Shown here piece by piece: positions 1-12,394 of a stretch of 64,000 nt of DNA (position 1 is the stretch's first letter; each line of letters starts with the position of its first letter). This DNA comes from Saccostrea echinata. Its lineage: Eukaryota. The notes under the pieces are model-generated. The model was given only the letters and a program-made list of their open reading frames with translations. It did not search any database and was not told the origin of the DNA. The translations under genes and the position numbers were made by a program. The stretch spans positions 10,168,001 through 10,232,000 of the forward strand of contig NW_026889755.1 of the NCBI RefSeq assembly GCF_033153115.1. The letters are read 5' to 3'.

Positions 1-80
1 ACCTTGTTGAGTCAGATGATAGAACTTAGTCAATATATCCAAAATGTATGGGTGATCTGTGTTCATATTGTGTATGGACT
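1..80 (-). mobile_element. Continuation of the LINE RNase H domain on the far side of the 81-3571 insertion
   Basis: Removing 81-3571 and one TSD copy gives the contiguous minus-strand reading F*DSLSCLESIHNMNTDHPYILDILTKFYHLTQQG, typical of LINE RNase H. Confidence 0.85.
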
Positions 81-3000
81 CAATCTGATTAAAATCAGAT
101 CTTTGTTACGCTCCGAAATTCTGATGGTCGCTGTACAAAGATCTGAAGACATCCCATTGAGGGTCACCTCAGAATGAACTTTGGATTATCCAATGAAAAC
201 GCCGCTGGCAGACTCTTTGGATGTGCTTTACGCGAAACATTCCGAAGAAAACAAGTTCCGAAAATACGCAATGGCGGCGCCCATGTTATTATTGAAAATT
301 TTCATCTGAGCAACATTTGCGTTGTTTATTGATCGAAATGGATGCAAACAAATATAAACAGTGGAGGAAAAGTGACCATACGGAAGATTTTTCCTATACA
401 CAGCTTAAATTAACACCGGAAAGGAAAATTTTATTTTGGAACGTTTGTAATAGATGTGCAATATGTGTGTGTTCCCTCCGACTCTGAAAGTTTGCCGAAA
501 ATTTGAGATGGTCATGATTCCAAAAACAATGCGAGAAAACTTCAGATCAGGTGTCAAATCTGCGATGGAAATGCAAGTTTAATTTTGAGATTTTTTTCCT
601 ACGAGTTACGATTATAGAGTTCACACAATGGTCTAAACAGCTGCTAAAGCTTGCATTTACATCATTTAAATCACCTCAGTTGTCTTGATGATTAAATACA
701 CGTACTTCCTTTTATAATGACACAACAGTCACCCCTAAAGATAAAACTTCATTAAAAAAAAAATATATTTGTGCAAGGTTTTAATTTTTTTTTTACTTCC
801 GTTTTTGTAATTCTTGCGCCATTCTCAATCTTTAATTAATCTCATCCTAACAAATTCAAATAGAAAGTACTTTAAACTTACATATTGTTTGTTTAATTCA
901 TGTTTGTTTTTATTAATGTTGTAGGTGACACTTTAGCTGAGTTATCACCATGCCTGCAAGAATTTCTGAAAGGATTGGAAGGTTTGTGGTGCACATACTA
1001 TAAAATGTAATAATTTTTCACATACACATACTTATAATTTGTAAAATCTTAAAATTGATATATCAATTAGGCCATTCCAACCAAAAGAATCAATTTCAGA
1101 ACTCCTGATTTTGTTTTTTTCCCCCTGTTCTGTGGAGTTAAAACAAACACACATGCACTTAAAAATGGCCTTACTTTTATCTGACTCATTGAAAAGATAT
1201 TAAGTAAATTTGTATTCTCTTAGCCCCCACAGTGACTATGTTACCACTATTCTGTCATGATAGTTTTATGATGTCGTTGTAAATTATAAGTCAGGAAATG
1301 ACCCAAGAAAAGAAAAGCAGCAAAATGATATATTCTAGTCTATTGTTCATTATTTTCACATCCTTGAGGCACATTTAAGTATTTAAAACATGGATCCTGG
1401 TGGGGCATTTGTATCACACCCACACTTTTTGTTTAAGTGTCTTGCTAACTGAGTGTAAGGTTATGTTACTAAATAAACCTGCAAATTTAAATACATTGTA
1501 CATGCTGAATGTTCCTTGAAATAATGTAGAATGTATGTATTTTTAAGGTGACTGACACTGTGCATTATTTTTGTGGAGAAAAGTCTGCCATGTTAACCTC
1601 TGCTCTCCAACATACTGTATACATTGCCATTGTGTGGGAAATGAAAATGCAGTATCCTCTATTTCCTGTATCAGTGGTCTACATCTGGTTCAAGAAGAAA
1701 GTAGAAAAGCTGAATCAGAAAAGATGGCATTCCTTCCTATGAAAAAAAGGAATATAAAGACAAAATAATCTTTACTTTGAAGCAGTAAAAAATGTGTATG
1801 CCCTCATTGTCCTGAAATTTTGAATGTGTTTTCATTAATTCATCACACTGGTGTCAGCAGCCATTATAGTCCTGAATTTTATAATATTAAATAAGTAATG
1901 ATAAACATAATTCATAGAACTTTTTATTACAATTATATATTTCCAAAAAAAAAAATGCAAATTGTATACTTTCTTTTATTGCATACTTGTCTCTCCAGTT
2001 CCCATTGGACATGTGTGATGATTGTAGAATGTATTCTAAACAATGAATGTTCATTCATGCAAGTCTATTTTAGTACAGATTGGAGTTTCTTGAAAATAAA
2101 CAACTTTAACTTTTTACTACTGTCTATAGATACACCTTGATTGGTATGACAATAGTTCTCCTGACAGTCCACCAAGCTTAAAATGGGGGGGGGGGGGCAT
2201 GCACAATACAAGTATAACAACTTTCTTGTTCATTGTCTTCCTGGGTATGTGAGAACACAGGAATAATGTTCGAGTCCAGAAATGGTTTTGAATATTAATG
2301 GGTTTAGTTTGAAAAACCAGAGCCTGGCAGGGTCTGTCATCATTTTCACTGCTCCCTGAAACAATGAAAAACAAGTAAATGACAGGGGTTGAAATGGATG
2401 CTTCAAATACAACTATTTTTATTTGAAATCAGAAATAAGTATAAAATCTTTAGTGTCTTTTAGGCCACTTTTGTTTAGCTGTAAATATTAATCGAAACAG
2501 AGGTGAATAATTTAAGCTGCAGGAAGGGATAAATTCTTGGGATTATTTTAGAAAGTAACACATGGATTTGTTTGATGGAGCAGTTTTGCAGGAAATCATA
2601 AAGAATTTTGAACAATGTATGTAAATTTTAATTAGAAAGCTCTGACATGTTGTGTATGCTAAACAATGAAAGTTCAAATAATGTTTTGATGTGCCAGGGG
2701 GGTTTAGAATTTTAGGGAGGGATCTGCAGTTTTTATTGACTGACAGGCCCTATGGGACAATGGTGCAAAAAAAGGCTTATGATGGTATTGTATACACACC
2801 AGACAAAGAATGAATACATGTGAGAAGAACTATAAAAATAAGATTGAACTACAAATCAAGTATCATAATTAATGAAATTGAATCAGAAAAAACTTTGATC
2901 ATAACATTTTTCTTTTTAATGCTACCTTTATTGTGTGTAGGATACCTTGTTTTTTGTTTTTTTTTAATGAAAATGCTAGTCGTAATGCAACTTGTAACTT

Positions 3001-3571
3001 GTGTCAACGTTCACTTTATTTTTAAAATGCAATATGTTCTTTACACTTATGACTGCCTTTGACATCGGACAATCCCTTAGATACAGGTAAAGCCCGTAGA
3101 TCAATATATGTTATTTAAAAAAAATCGTGTGAGATTTTCTACAATGACCTTTATCATTACCTCGATAAAGTATTTTGTTGACCTGTCACCTGTCTGGTGC
3201 TCCGTCTTGAGTGTCACAACAGGACAACACGCCATAGACTTGCAACAGGTGAGAGAGTGACATCCCATAACCAATCGGAAGTAGAATTCTGCATTTCTGC
3301 TTGTACATGAAACATAATTAACTCGCTATTTCATTTCGATCTGCATTTCACCCACTTCGTTCTTATTTCGCCATGTTTACGCTATGACCATACCTCTTAT
3401 ATATCCCGATCATTGATTGGCGGAAGAGATAAATTTTCATTGGCTAGTATAAGGTCGTGAATTTTATACAAAGTTCATTCTGAGGTGACCCTCAATGGGA
3501 TGTCTTCAGATCTTTGTACAGCGACCATCAGAATTTCGGAGCGTAACAAAGATCTGATTTTAATCAGATTG
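81..3571. mobile_element. Non-autonomous TIR DNA transposon, 103-bp TIRs, 10-bp TSD (Mutator-like by TSD length)
   Basis: 81-183 (caatctgattaaaatcagat...gaatgaactttg) is the reverse complement of 3469-3571. tgtatggact flanks both ends (71-80 and 3572-3581). No transposase ORF seen. Confidence 0.9.
1070..1170. mobile_element. Small PIF/Harbinger-type MITE nested in the TIR element
   Basis: ggccatt...aatggcc termini flanked by TTA on both sides. Confidence 0.5.
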
Positions 3572-3581
3572 TGTATGGACT

Positions 3582-4921
3582 CTAAGCATGAGAGCGAGTC
3601 TCAAAATATTGTAAACGATTTTTCACTAGAAGTTGTAATATATTCAAAAGCTAGTTGTATAGCTTTTGCTTCGGCCGTAAAAATTGTTGCTTCGTTCGGA
3701 AGTCGAATAGAAAAAACATCATTTTTGACCACTGCAGCGGCAGCAACCCTACCTCTGTCCTTAGAACCATCTGTGCAAATTTCTGTTGTAGGATGTTTAG
3801 ATTTTATTTCAGCTAATCTCTGTTGAAAAAAGAGGGGATTTGTTTCTGATTTCTTTAGTTCGGATAAGGATTTGTTAACTACTGGTTTAATTAATTTCCA
3901 TGGTGGTATCTCGGAAAGAAGAGTAGGTTTGAGAATATCCAATGGTAGTTCAGAATCTCTTATATGATTTTTATATCGAAAACAAAGTGGTTTTATACAT
4001 TTCTTGTTTTTATCAAATAAATGTGCATTTTATGGATGAAAAACACAGTCATGAGCAGGTTTATCGGTGTTTGCTTTTAATTTAATTATATACTGTAAAG
4101 CAAGTTTAATTCTTCTTAAATCTAGAGGTGGTTCATTTGCCTCTATATATAAACTATCTTTAGGAGATGTCCGAAAAACTCCCAAGCACAATCTAAGACC
4201 TTGATGATGGATTGCGTCGAGAGCTTTTATATAGGAAGTCCTAGCTGATCCATACACAATACACCCATAGTCTAGTTTCGATCTTACTAGAGAGCGATAC
4301 AGTTTAAGTAGGGTACTTTTATCAGCTCCCCATTTCGTGTTTGCTATAACTTTAATAATATCTAGTGCCTTTAAGCATTTTTCCTTAAGCATCTTTATAT
4401 GTGGAGTAAAAGAGAGTTTATTATCAAAGGTGACACCTAAAAACTTTATTTCTTTAACTACTTTTATTGGATTTCTATTTAATTGCAAATTTGGATCATC
4501 ATGGGTTTTCCGTTTTAAACAAAAATGAACACACGCCGTTTTACTCATTGAAAATTTAAAACTATTATTATCGGCCCAATCTTGAATTTTGTTTAGACAT
4601 GATTGTAACCGCCGCTCAATAAATTTCATATTTTTGGACTTATAACACAGAACAAAGTCATCAACATATAAACTACCATGCATATCATTTTTAAGTACTT
4701 CAGCCAAACTATTTATTTTAATGCTAAATAATGTTACTGAAAGAATACTTCCTTGTGGTACACCCATTTCTTGTTCAAAATTGTCTGAAACTGTAGTTCC
4801 TAATCGCACTTTAAAAGTTCTATCATTTAAAAAGTTCTTAATAAAATTAGGTAAATTTCCTTTGAGACCAATATTGTAAAGATCTTTTAAAATACCATAT
4901 TTCCATGAAGTATCGTACGCT
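3582..4921 (-). mobile_element. 5'-truncated, decayed I-group (Nimb-like) LINE ORF2: RT plus RNase H
   Basis: KAYDTSWKYG, GVPQGSILS, YVDD, KFLGV, RSKLDYG, then RNase H TDGSK...AEAKAI. In-frame stops at about 4030 and 3601. Confidence 0.93.
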
Positions 4922-5251
4922 TAAATAATAAAGAAACGCATTCCAATTTCAATCGAAATTATAAAACACAAACAATTGTTTTTGGAAGAAACCATTCAAT
5001 ATGTCTGTTAATGCATTTGAATTTGATGTTAAACAACGATAGCAGCAACATGTCTCCACGACTTCGCTCAAGCGTTGGTTGTCCGCGATGCCATTACCTG
5101 ACGTAGTATGGGCACGTCGATTTACTCAAAAGGAACATAGAATGCCGAAATGAACAATAATGTTTGGAGTCAAATTCAACATGATATCAAGATCAAGCTT
5201 TTTCTTAAAATAGAGATACTTTTTTGTCTAATGTGATATACATTGACACCG

Positions 5252-5255
<4 letters not shown>

Positions 5256-5310
<55 letters not shown>
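5256..5310. repeat. (TA)n microsatellite
   Basis: Seen directly. Confidence 0.95.
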
Positions 5311-5319
<9 letters not shown>

Positions 5320-5865
5320 TGAAGCTGATTTGGCGGTAATTATGACTCTCCTTATTGAGATCGCGGTGTAATTGGTCAGTTTGTGAAGTGTTAATTACAG
5401 TTTAAACACCATGTAATTATCACAAGTGTCCTGTAATTCTTTAATGATATTAAAAAAAAATCATCGTTGAGCACTGTGAATTGGTATGTCTTATCTTTTG
5501 TCGTTTTCTATCAAATTATAGCATTAAACAGACATTGTAAATTAAGTGAAAGTTAGTTATTATTCCGACTTAGTTTTGATTATGGTGACGATGGAGTATG
5601 AACTTGTGTGACATATGCTCTGGAAAATTATCAATCATTGATTTCTCGGGCATGTTTCATGGGTTTCCTTATTGTTTTCTTGTCTATTGAAATTGAAAGA
5701 AAATATTGTATGAAATGTATAAAGTCTTTTTGACAAAGCGTTTACATGCATAGCGCTACTTGCAAAAAATATGTCTAGAAAATGTGTATTTTGATACGAT
5801 TAAACATTTTATCGGTCGAAACGTCTTGCGATTAACCTATTAGCAATTCTGTATTCGATTGCCAT

Positions 5866-5867
<2 letters not shown>

Positions 5868-5924
<57 letters not shown>
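5868..5924. repeat. (TA)n microsatellite, followed by a duplicated tagggaaggggtgttgg unit
   Basis: Seen directly. Confidence 0.9.
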
Positions 5925-5927
<3 letters not shown>

Positions 5928-8149
5928 AAGGGGTGTTGGGATAGGGAAGGGGTGTTGGAGTGTGGAATAGTCAATACCCACCTAAGAGTTAATGAGTCTA
6001 AATTTTTTATGTACTACTGGAACAGTAAGTAAATACTTTAAGGGGACTGATGTCGTCATAATTTTTATTCTGAAACACTGAGTAATGCTTATCTGTGAAT
6101 CTTTATCATTGATTATTAGTAAATTTTTATTAACATGTTGAAATATCACTCAGCGATGTCTTTGTTCTTTTATACAAGGTGAGGGTATATGTAGGCTTTT
6201 CTGTTTTCCAATCCTTATGGATTTATTCAATATAACTGAATAATGTTTAAATCTAGCATATATTCATCCTACATTACATTAAAAGTGTTTTAAGAACTTG
6301 AAAAACAGGGGTAGGGGGCTCTAAGCCATTAATTTTGGCGAGAAAATCTTTGACAAGTAAACGAAAAAAAAAGAAGAATGCAAAGTTTATTCAACAATTG
6401 TACACTTTGAAAATTTACTAGGTAATATCACATGAGTTGGCGTACTTAAATGAAAAAAATTTAAATACTTTTAAAAATACGTAATACTTATTATATGTGT
6501 TTTACTCACCTGAGCCGAAGACTCAAGTGAGTTTTTCTTATCATAAGCTGTCTGTTGTTTCAACAAGAAAATAGAGGCCCTTTAATAATATGTTTTTAAA
6601 CTGACTTGACCTAAAAGTTGGTGGTGGGGGGGGGGGGGGCACATAGATAGTCAAGGGCTTATCCAGCGCTGGATGTGCGCCCCCCCCCCCATTTTATTTC
6701 ATTTATTGGGGGATATACGAATTTTGTTCATTGAAATATGTAATTACTCACAATTTAGTTGAAATTCATGCAACCTTACAGTATTAAATAATATATATAT
6801 ATCCTGGCATATTGTATTTTGCACCTATTTTGATGTTATACCCTCGCAAAGGAGTTGGAGGGAATACAGTAACGCAATTGTGTGTGTTTCTGGGTGGGTT
6901 AGTTTGTCCTGTGCGAAATGGAAGTGACGTAATTTGCACAGGATATGCCTGATATATGCATATTTTTAATTTATACATCTATTGTCTGATCTTCTCATAC
7001 TCAAATCGCATAAGTAAAACTGAACGAAGGGATAATAAAAAAAAAAGCATACAGTATTTTGCTTTTCCAATTGTTAATTATAATTTAGTTATGTGCAACC
7101 GGGTTCGAAAGTTTTATTAACATATTAAGCTACGTAGCCTGAATTAGTGAGTTCGTCAATTACAGGTTTACGTATTCATGATTACTGTCGGTATTTTTTA
7201 AGCATGTAAACATGTAATTCTTAGCAGCCCTTGTCCAATCATTATATATGTAGCTTGCCTGTAAAGTGAAGTCGCCAATTACGGGTTGTCTAAGTTCTGA
7301 TTCTATGCCATTTGTTTAAACTGAAGCACAGAAAAAATAATTAACATTTACTTTTTTGGTCACTGCAGCAAGGCAAAAGTTGTAATTAAACAGCTGCAAA
7401 GTATGACACTTGCATTGAGTTATAACTCGGAAATAATTCATTCTGATTTCTTCTTATCAAATTGTACTTTGTATATTTTTCAATTTTTCATTTTTTTAAT
7501 CGCCGAAATATGGCTGAAATATTGCCGACTCGGCGTTAAACAATAATAATCAATCAATCAATAATCAATTTTTTTTTAACACCGATATGTAAAAAACGGG
7601 AACTGTTGAATTCGATTGTAAAACATTGTAAATATACTTGTAGTATATTGAATCAGAATGTGTTTTTCTATGATAAAGCAAAAAAAATGGTATAGACAAA
7701 AACTTAAAATCATGATATTTTTTATTTCTAAATACAATGCAACTACGCATGGCTAACGTTTTTATAACAATCATCGCTACGGAAAGATAAGTGTACAGTA
7801 GTCATTTATTCAAAAATTGCTGTTCGGATAAACAACTCATTTCTCAATTAAATTGTGTCATGATTTCGAGTAAAAATAGACTGTTTTATGCTTCTGTCCC
7901 CTTAATCAAAAATATTAACTTTCGATAACTTTTTTATGCTCTATAGGGAATTTCTCCCTGAAAGTGTCCACCTTAAACTGAAAATTTCTGAAATTTCTTC
8001 CAGTCTATTCATGGATACAAAGATATAACCAGTGATTTGAAAGAAAAAGTTATAACACATAAAAATCTAAACATTAATTGGTGAATGATTTTCATAATTA
8101 AGAAAAGTTTTATTTAAAAAAAATAAACGTGTTAAAAATGAGCTAACAT

Positions 8150-8451
8150 GTCGCCCGCGTGGCGCAGTGGTTAGAGCGTCTGCTCTAGAGTCGCGAAGTA
8201 AGGAGTTGATCCTTACGTCGCGGGTTCGAATCCCACTGCGGGACGTGGAGACCGGTCCTTCGGATGAGACCGTATAAACCGAGGTCCCGTGTCGCAGTAG
8301 GTGCTGGCACGAAAAAGATCCCTCACTGCTCAATGGCCGTAAGTGCCGAGTATAGGACAAAATTTGCAGCTCTCCACCGGCAAGTGGTGGCGTCTCCATA
8401 TGAGTGAAAAATTCTCGAGAGGGACGTTAAACAACATACAAACAAACAAAC
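8150..8451 (+). mobile_element. tRNA-derived SINE with Meta-type core and (ACAA)n tail
   Basis: A box tggcgcagtgg, B box ggttcgaatcc, core ggtccttcggatgagaccg...aaccgaggtcccgtgt, tail gacgttaaacaac(acaa)n, 13-bp TSD aatgagctaacat. Empty site at about 9495. Confidence 0.92.
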
Positions 8452-9562
8452 AATGAGCTAACATCTTTGCATTTACGCAAAAGTATATTCAACATCTATC
8501 CTTCACTTTGAATTTTTTTTTTAACTATGAATAAATCAAACGTCTGCAAGTTAAGAAAGTGTGTAGATTTATAAAAATTCTAAAGGTAGAAAGAAATAGT
8601 ATGCATTGAAAATAAACATCCATTAGTTAATCTGATAAAGATAATCGACAAGTGTTGACCTAACCAGCTTCACTCGTCTGTTTTGCTGGACATGAATGAT
8701 GCATTCGAGAATGGCCAAATGTTACGTAACCTGTAATTTATAATGTGGTAATAATGACACCACCTCCAATGCTCAGGCTTGTTTGGGTGTTTTGCATGTT
8801 TCCTTTACTCCTCATACTGTCCTATTGATAGTTAAGATATTATGAAGTTTTAAAGATCAAGTTATCACAAGAATTCTATTGAACGACTTGACCAACAAGC
8901 CTTGGCTAAATCTAGTACTGTCACAAGTATTAGCTTTCCTAGAAAGCTTGTCTGACTTGAACAAATTTATTTTTACGTAAAGAATCAACAAAAGTTGATT
9001 CAGTGTAATCAACATGACTCTGAGTAATGAAATAAATTCTTTTGCTAAGAAACAAGAAAAGTTCAATTCAGTGGCATAAACATAAAATAAAACTTGAACA
9101 TGAATTTATTCTATATACACTATATTACTCGTAATTTCTTTTTTTCATGAACGTAGGAACGGAGGTGGGGGGAGGGGGGCGCCCCCCCCATAATTTTGCC
9201 GACTTATACATAGCTATTTTATGCTTGTGTCCCCTAAATCAGGAACATGTAGCTATTAACATCTGATAACTTTTTAAATGCTCTCTAAGGAGCTTTTCCC
9301 TGATAATGTCCACCCTAAACTGAAAATTATTTTTTTTTCCAACGGGCCTGTTCATGAATACAAAGATATAACCAGTGCTTTTAAAACAACACATAAAAAT
9401 CTAAACATCAATTGGTGAACAATTTTGATAATTGAAATGTTTTATTAACAGAAAAAAAATTATATTAATAAATAAAATTAAAAGCGTTACAAATTAGCTA
9501 ACATCTCTGCATTTAAGCAAAAGAATGTTCAACATCAATCCTTCACTTTGATATTTTTTTAA

Positions 9563-10226
9563 GGTAGTCCGATCCTCAGGTTCTGAATATCAGCTTTTAA
9601 GTAATTGAAAATGGTCACAAAAATATCTCTGATTTCAAAGAGTAATGTAAAATTTACCCATGGTTTTTCTTCGAAGTTCATCATTAAAGTTAATCATATA
9701 AGGAAAATTATCAAATCTCAAATATATTTTGAGGAAATGTGAATAAAACCACCAGCTATACATTTTATAATTGAAAACTGATCAACAAATATATATACTT
9801 TGGATAAAAAAAAATATAGGTATCCATGCATTTGAAGAAAATTGCATCTTTTTATGCTTATACAGTATTTTAGTTCTATTTACTTCAGTTGTTATATAAA
9901 ACATAGTGTAAAATACCTGTGTTGTCATTGCTAGACATCACATATCACGTCTAATTTCATATCATGCTAATAAGCATTGGTATCTAATGCTAGATTAAAG
10001 GAAACTCGATTTCTCTAAAATTAATTAATTATTTTCTTTTATGGGGTACAAATGTCAACTTTTTAAAAAACCATTTCTAAGACGTCAGAGAACCTTGAAT
10101 CATATTGAGATGCATAAAATCAAAATTGTTGCACGAAAAGATCTCGGTTTTAAGCTCCATTTTGAGACTTTTTAAATAAAATAATAAATTTAAGAGTTAT
10201 CCTTCCTGGCTGAAGATGGGATATCC
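9563..10226. mobile_element. TTAA-flanked MITE (Kolobok-like)
   Basis: ttaa|ggtagtccgatcctcag ... ctgaagatgggatatcc|ttaa with imperfect TIRs. Absent from paralogous copy 1 at about 8522. Confidence 0.75.
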
Positions 10227-10869
10227 TTAAATACATGAATATATCAAACGTCTGCAAGTAGACCTATAAAAATTCTAAAGGTAGAGAGACTTAGTATGCA
10301 TTGAAAATAAGCATCCATTAGTTAATCTGATAAAGATAATCAACAAGTGTTGACCTGACCAGCTTCATTCCTTCTGTTTTGCTGGACATAATGATGCATT
10401 CGAGAATGGCCAAATGTTATGTAATCTGTAATGTATAATGTGATAATAATGACATCAGCTCCAATGCTCTGGCTTACTTTGGGTGTTTCGCATGTTTCCT
10501 TTACTCCTCATGCTCTCCAATTGATGGTTAAGATATTATGAAGTTTCCAAGATCAAGTTATCACAAGAATTTTATTGAACGACTTGACCAACAAGCCTTG
10601 GCTAAATCTAGTACTGTCTGACGCCATGACGTCAGACAATGACGTCAAACAATAATAAGTACATACACTAGTGTGGTCCACCTACCATTCGTCATGCAAT
10701 AGCCTTGTACACCCCCCTCCCCCCCGTGTTCTAAGTTTTCTGAAACATCCACTGACATGCTTCTTATTCATATCGTATTTGACCTAAAAAAATATCTAAA
10801 TTTACATTTCAGTATTCATTTCGGGCATTAATATGTTCCTGTTGGTTTAATTGACGCACACTTTATAAT

Positions 10870-11872
10870 TAGGGCTGTGTATTGAGCAAAAAATGTCGAT
10901 ACGATACGATATTCATAATTTTATAAAGCGATATATTGGATTCTTTAACAAGTCTCTCAACAAGAGGCCAATGGGCCACATTGCTCACCTGAGCACCGTG
11001 GCTAGGAATAAAGCAAATATCACGTTAATATTGAAAAGCTTAAATGCATAAGTGGTCCCAACCTACCCCTAAAGGGGAGGGGTATGATTTGAACAAAAAT
11101 GACTCTAAACTAACTGAGGATGCTTACATATTTCTTTGACTAACTGTTGCTTTTTTCCTACAAGTTTAAACTTTTTTTGTGGCCCCACCCTACCCCTGGG
11201 GGTCATGATTTGAACAAACTTGAATTTACACTATCTGAGGATGATTCAATATAAATATGACCAATCATGGCTTTGCTGTTCTTGAGAAGAAGAATTTTAC
11301 TATATATCCCTATGTAAAACTTTGATCGTCCATTGTGGCCCCACCCTACCCCCGGGGGTCATGAATTGAACAAATTTGAATCTGCACTACCTGGGGATGC
11401 TTTCATATAAATATGACCAATCATGGCTTTGCTGTTCTTGAGAAGATTTTTTTAAGATTTCTCCTATATACTCCCATGTTAAACTTTGATCGCCCATTGT
11501 GGCCCCACCTACCCTGGGGGTCATGATTTGAACAAACTTGAATATACACCATCTGTAGATGCTTTCACATAAATATGACCAATGAGGGCTTTGCTGTCCT
11601 TGAGACGAAGATTTTTTAAAGATTTCTCCTCTATATTCCTATGTAAAAATTTGATCGTCCCTTGTGACCCCACCCTACCCCCGGGGGTCATGATTTGAAC
11701 AAATTTGAATCTACACTACCTGATGATGATTCCACCTGAGTTTCATCTTTCCTGGCCCAGTGATTCATGAGAAGGTTTTTAAAAGATGCCATTATTTTTT
11801 CACTATTTTGTAATTATCTCCCCTCGGAAGAGGGCGTGGTTCTTAATTTGAACAAATTTGAATCTCCTTCAC

Positions 11873-11908
<36 letters not shown>

Positions 11909-12394
11909 CCAGTAGTTCTGGAGAAGAAGATGAAATTGTGAAAAGTTTACGACGACGACAGGCAACGGTTAAATTTCGATCACAAAAGCTCACTTGCTCT
12001 GGTGAGCTAAAAAAAAAAACTAGAGTATATCATTTAAAGCATAAATTTTATAAAATCTGAGTGTTTTATAATCCATTTCGAAGTTCTTGTTTCAATGTCT
12101 TTACAAAGTACACTTCAAATTCAAACTTTTTAACGACTGTAAAACCAAATGTTAAAATATTGTTGTCTATGTATTTTGTAATAATTATTTTTTACGTGCT
12201 ATCTCCTTAATGTTTATATCATTTTTTATCAGTTTTCATTCAAAACAGTTAAATATTATCTTTGGTGATTGAAATTGCCAATTTTTTTTCATCGAATTGT
12301 AAGAACATTGCCTGCCCGACACGTATTGGAAATTATTTTTTCGATACGATACATTCTTGAATTCGGGACTTATTGATATATTGACACAGCCCTA
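10870..12394. mobile_element. hAT-type MITE containing a nested HINE
   Basis: tagggctgtgt...acacagcccta termini, subterminal cgatacgata motifs, degenerate 8-bp TSD (tttataat/gttataac). Confidence 0.7.
10959..12012 (-). mobile_element. Helentron-associated non-autonomous element (HINE) with about 160-bp tandem repeats
   Basis: Ends aacaagaggccaatgggcc...gctcacctgag and gctcacttg...ggtgagctaaaa. About 5 internal monomers (gtggccccaccctacccc...) at about 11179, 11335, 11499 and 11664. Confidence 0.8.

Larger units (their letters stand above)
7884..10618 (+). repeat. Diverged direct duplication: copy 1 about 7884-8921, copy 2 about 9217-10618
   Basis: Collinear matches from ttttatgctt.tgtcccct through gccttggctaaatctagtactgtc. 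Each copy carries a different insertion. Confidence 0.85.

Noticed and set aside
3485-3826. 113-aa plus-strand ORF
   Set aside because: It spans a TIR and the antisense strand of the LINE RNase H, so it is spurious.
8150-8245. Functional amber-suppressor tRNA (CTA at an anticodon-like position)
   Set aside because: The anticodon stem cannot pair, CTA is part of an inverted copy of tagagc, and the sequence is the head of a TSD-flanked SINE.
8253-8292. Hammerhead ribozyme in the SINE core (cggatgag...aaac)
   Set aside because: It lacks CUGAUGA and GAAA with proper stems. It is the Meta-type SINE core.
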